A stretch of DNA of 63,812 nucleotides, the filler included. It is 6 parts of 6 records of this genome, joined end to end, with 100 filler letters (N's around TTAATTAATTAA, not from the genome) between each part and the next. Parts side by side here need not be neighbours in the genome. Positions count along the whole stretch, not along the records: positions 53,415 to 63,812 come from SRR31156797_13360; 5 more parts are not named here. One strand, given 5' to 3'. The notes under the pieces were generated by a model that had not been told where the DNA came from, searched no databases, and was given only the letters and a program-made list of their open reading frames with translations. Made by a program: the position numbers and the translations under genes. Shown here piece by piece: positions 63,249 through 63,812 of the stretch. Numbering within the stretch: position 1 is the first letter of the stretch; the number at the start of each line of letters is the position of its first letter.

Positions 63249-63407
63249 ATATTTTTCCCTTGTCATTATATTTGTCCGCTACTGATAAATTATGTAAAAA
63301 AGTAAATTTTTTAATAATTTATTTCCGCGATGTGAAGCGAGTTCACATTTTCAAATTCAAGTGTAATAGTATAAAACTACACTTGATTTAAATCTTAAGT
63401 ATTATGT

Positions 63408-63812
63408 TTAGTTGATATAGGTTAAATCTTTTAAATACTTTTCATTTTTTCCACATACTGCATCGAAGTATGCTGATTGAAGTTTTTCCGTGATTGGACC
63501 TCTGCTTCCACACCCTATGATTCTTGCATCCACATCTCTTACAGGTGTAACTTCAGCTGCAGTTCCTGTTAAGAAACATTCATCAGCAATATATATCTCT
63601 TCTCTTGTGATTCTTCTTCTAACAACTTCGATTCCCATATCAAGTGCAAGCTCAATAACGGTTGCTTGTGTAATTGATTCAAGTGAATTGTCATTTGGAG
63701 GAGAGATAAGTACTCCATCTCGTACAATAAAAAAGCATGCTCCACTTGCTTCTGCTACATATCCTTGATCATCTCTTAAAAGAGCTTCATCATATCCAGC
63801 TTCAACAGCTTC
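63408..63812 (-). CDS. ilvE: Branched-chain amino acid aminotransferase, C-terminal part
   Basis: GYDEAL..D..GYVAEASG, LESITQ, ADE.FLTGTAAEVTP. Confidence 0.93.
   Translation of the reverse strand, partial: EAVEAGYDEALLRDDQGYVAEASGACFFIVRDGVLISPPNDNSLESITQATVIELALDMGIEVVRRRITREEIYIADECFLTGTAAEVTPVRDVDARIIGCGSRGPITEKLQSAYFDAVCGKNEKYLKDLTYIN

Overview
This window is not one locus. It is six unrelated (meta)genomic contigs joined by five identical 100-nt artificial linkers (N44-TTAATTAATTAA-N44) at 17118-17217, 24503-24602, 32787-32886, 37908-38007 and 53315-53414. Taxonomic labels below are inferred from gene content and composition. Contig A (1-17117, GC-rich, Desulfobacterota-like) holds an AOR C-terminus, rtcB plus archease, dacB, a coxD/coxE-like AAA+/VWA pair, and a chemosensory cluster (MCP, cheW, hybrid cheA, orphan urtA-like binding protein, MCP, REC-PAS-PAS-HisKA-REC-GGDEF cyclase). 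Contig B (17218-24502) is accessory DNA: two large divergent lipoprotein genes, then an integrase-less integron cassette array (two intact attC sites, one cut off) clipped at both ends by GGGGAC-type inverted-repeat hairpins. This is the most unusual feature in the window. Contigs C, D and E are Bacteroidota: a T9SS type-B cargo/porP/porE-like locus with a two-component system; dapA/ligA; and recA, bcp, korAB, murI, skp x2, bamA, uppS, three DUF6089/PorG-like genes, nadK, guaA. Contig F is AT-rich Campylobacterota (Arcobacter-like): dusB, dksA, rlmH, ribF, AAA ATPase, two tiny ORFs below the ORF-track cutoff, a CHAD protein, vapBC, hisIE, an SPFH protein and ilvE. No rRNA, tRNA, CRISPR array, integrase or transposase gene was recognised. 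All product calls come from motif recognition by eye; no searches were run.
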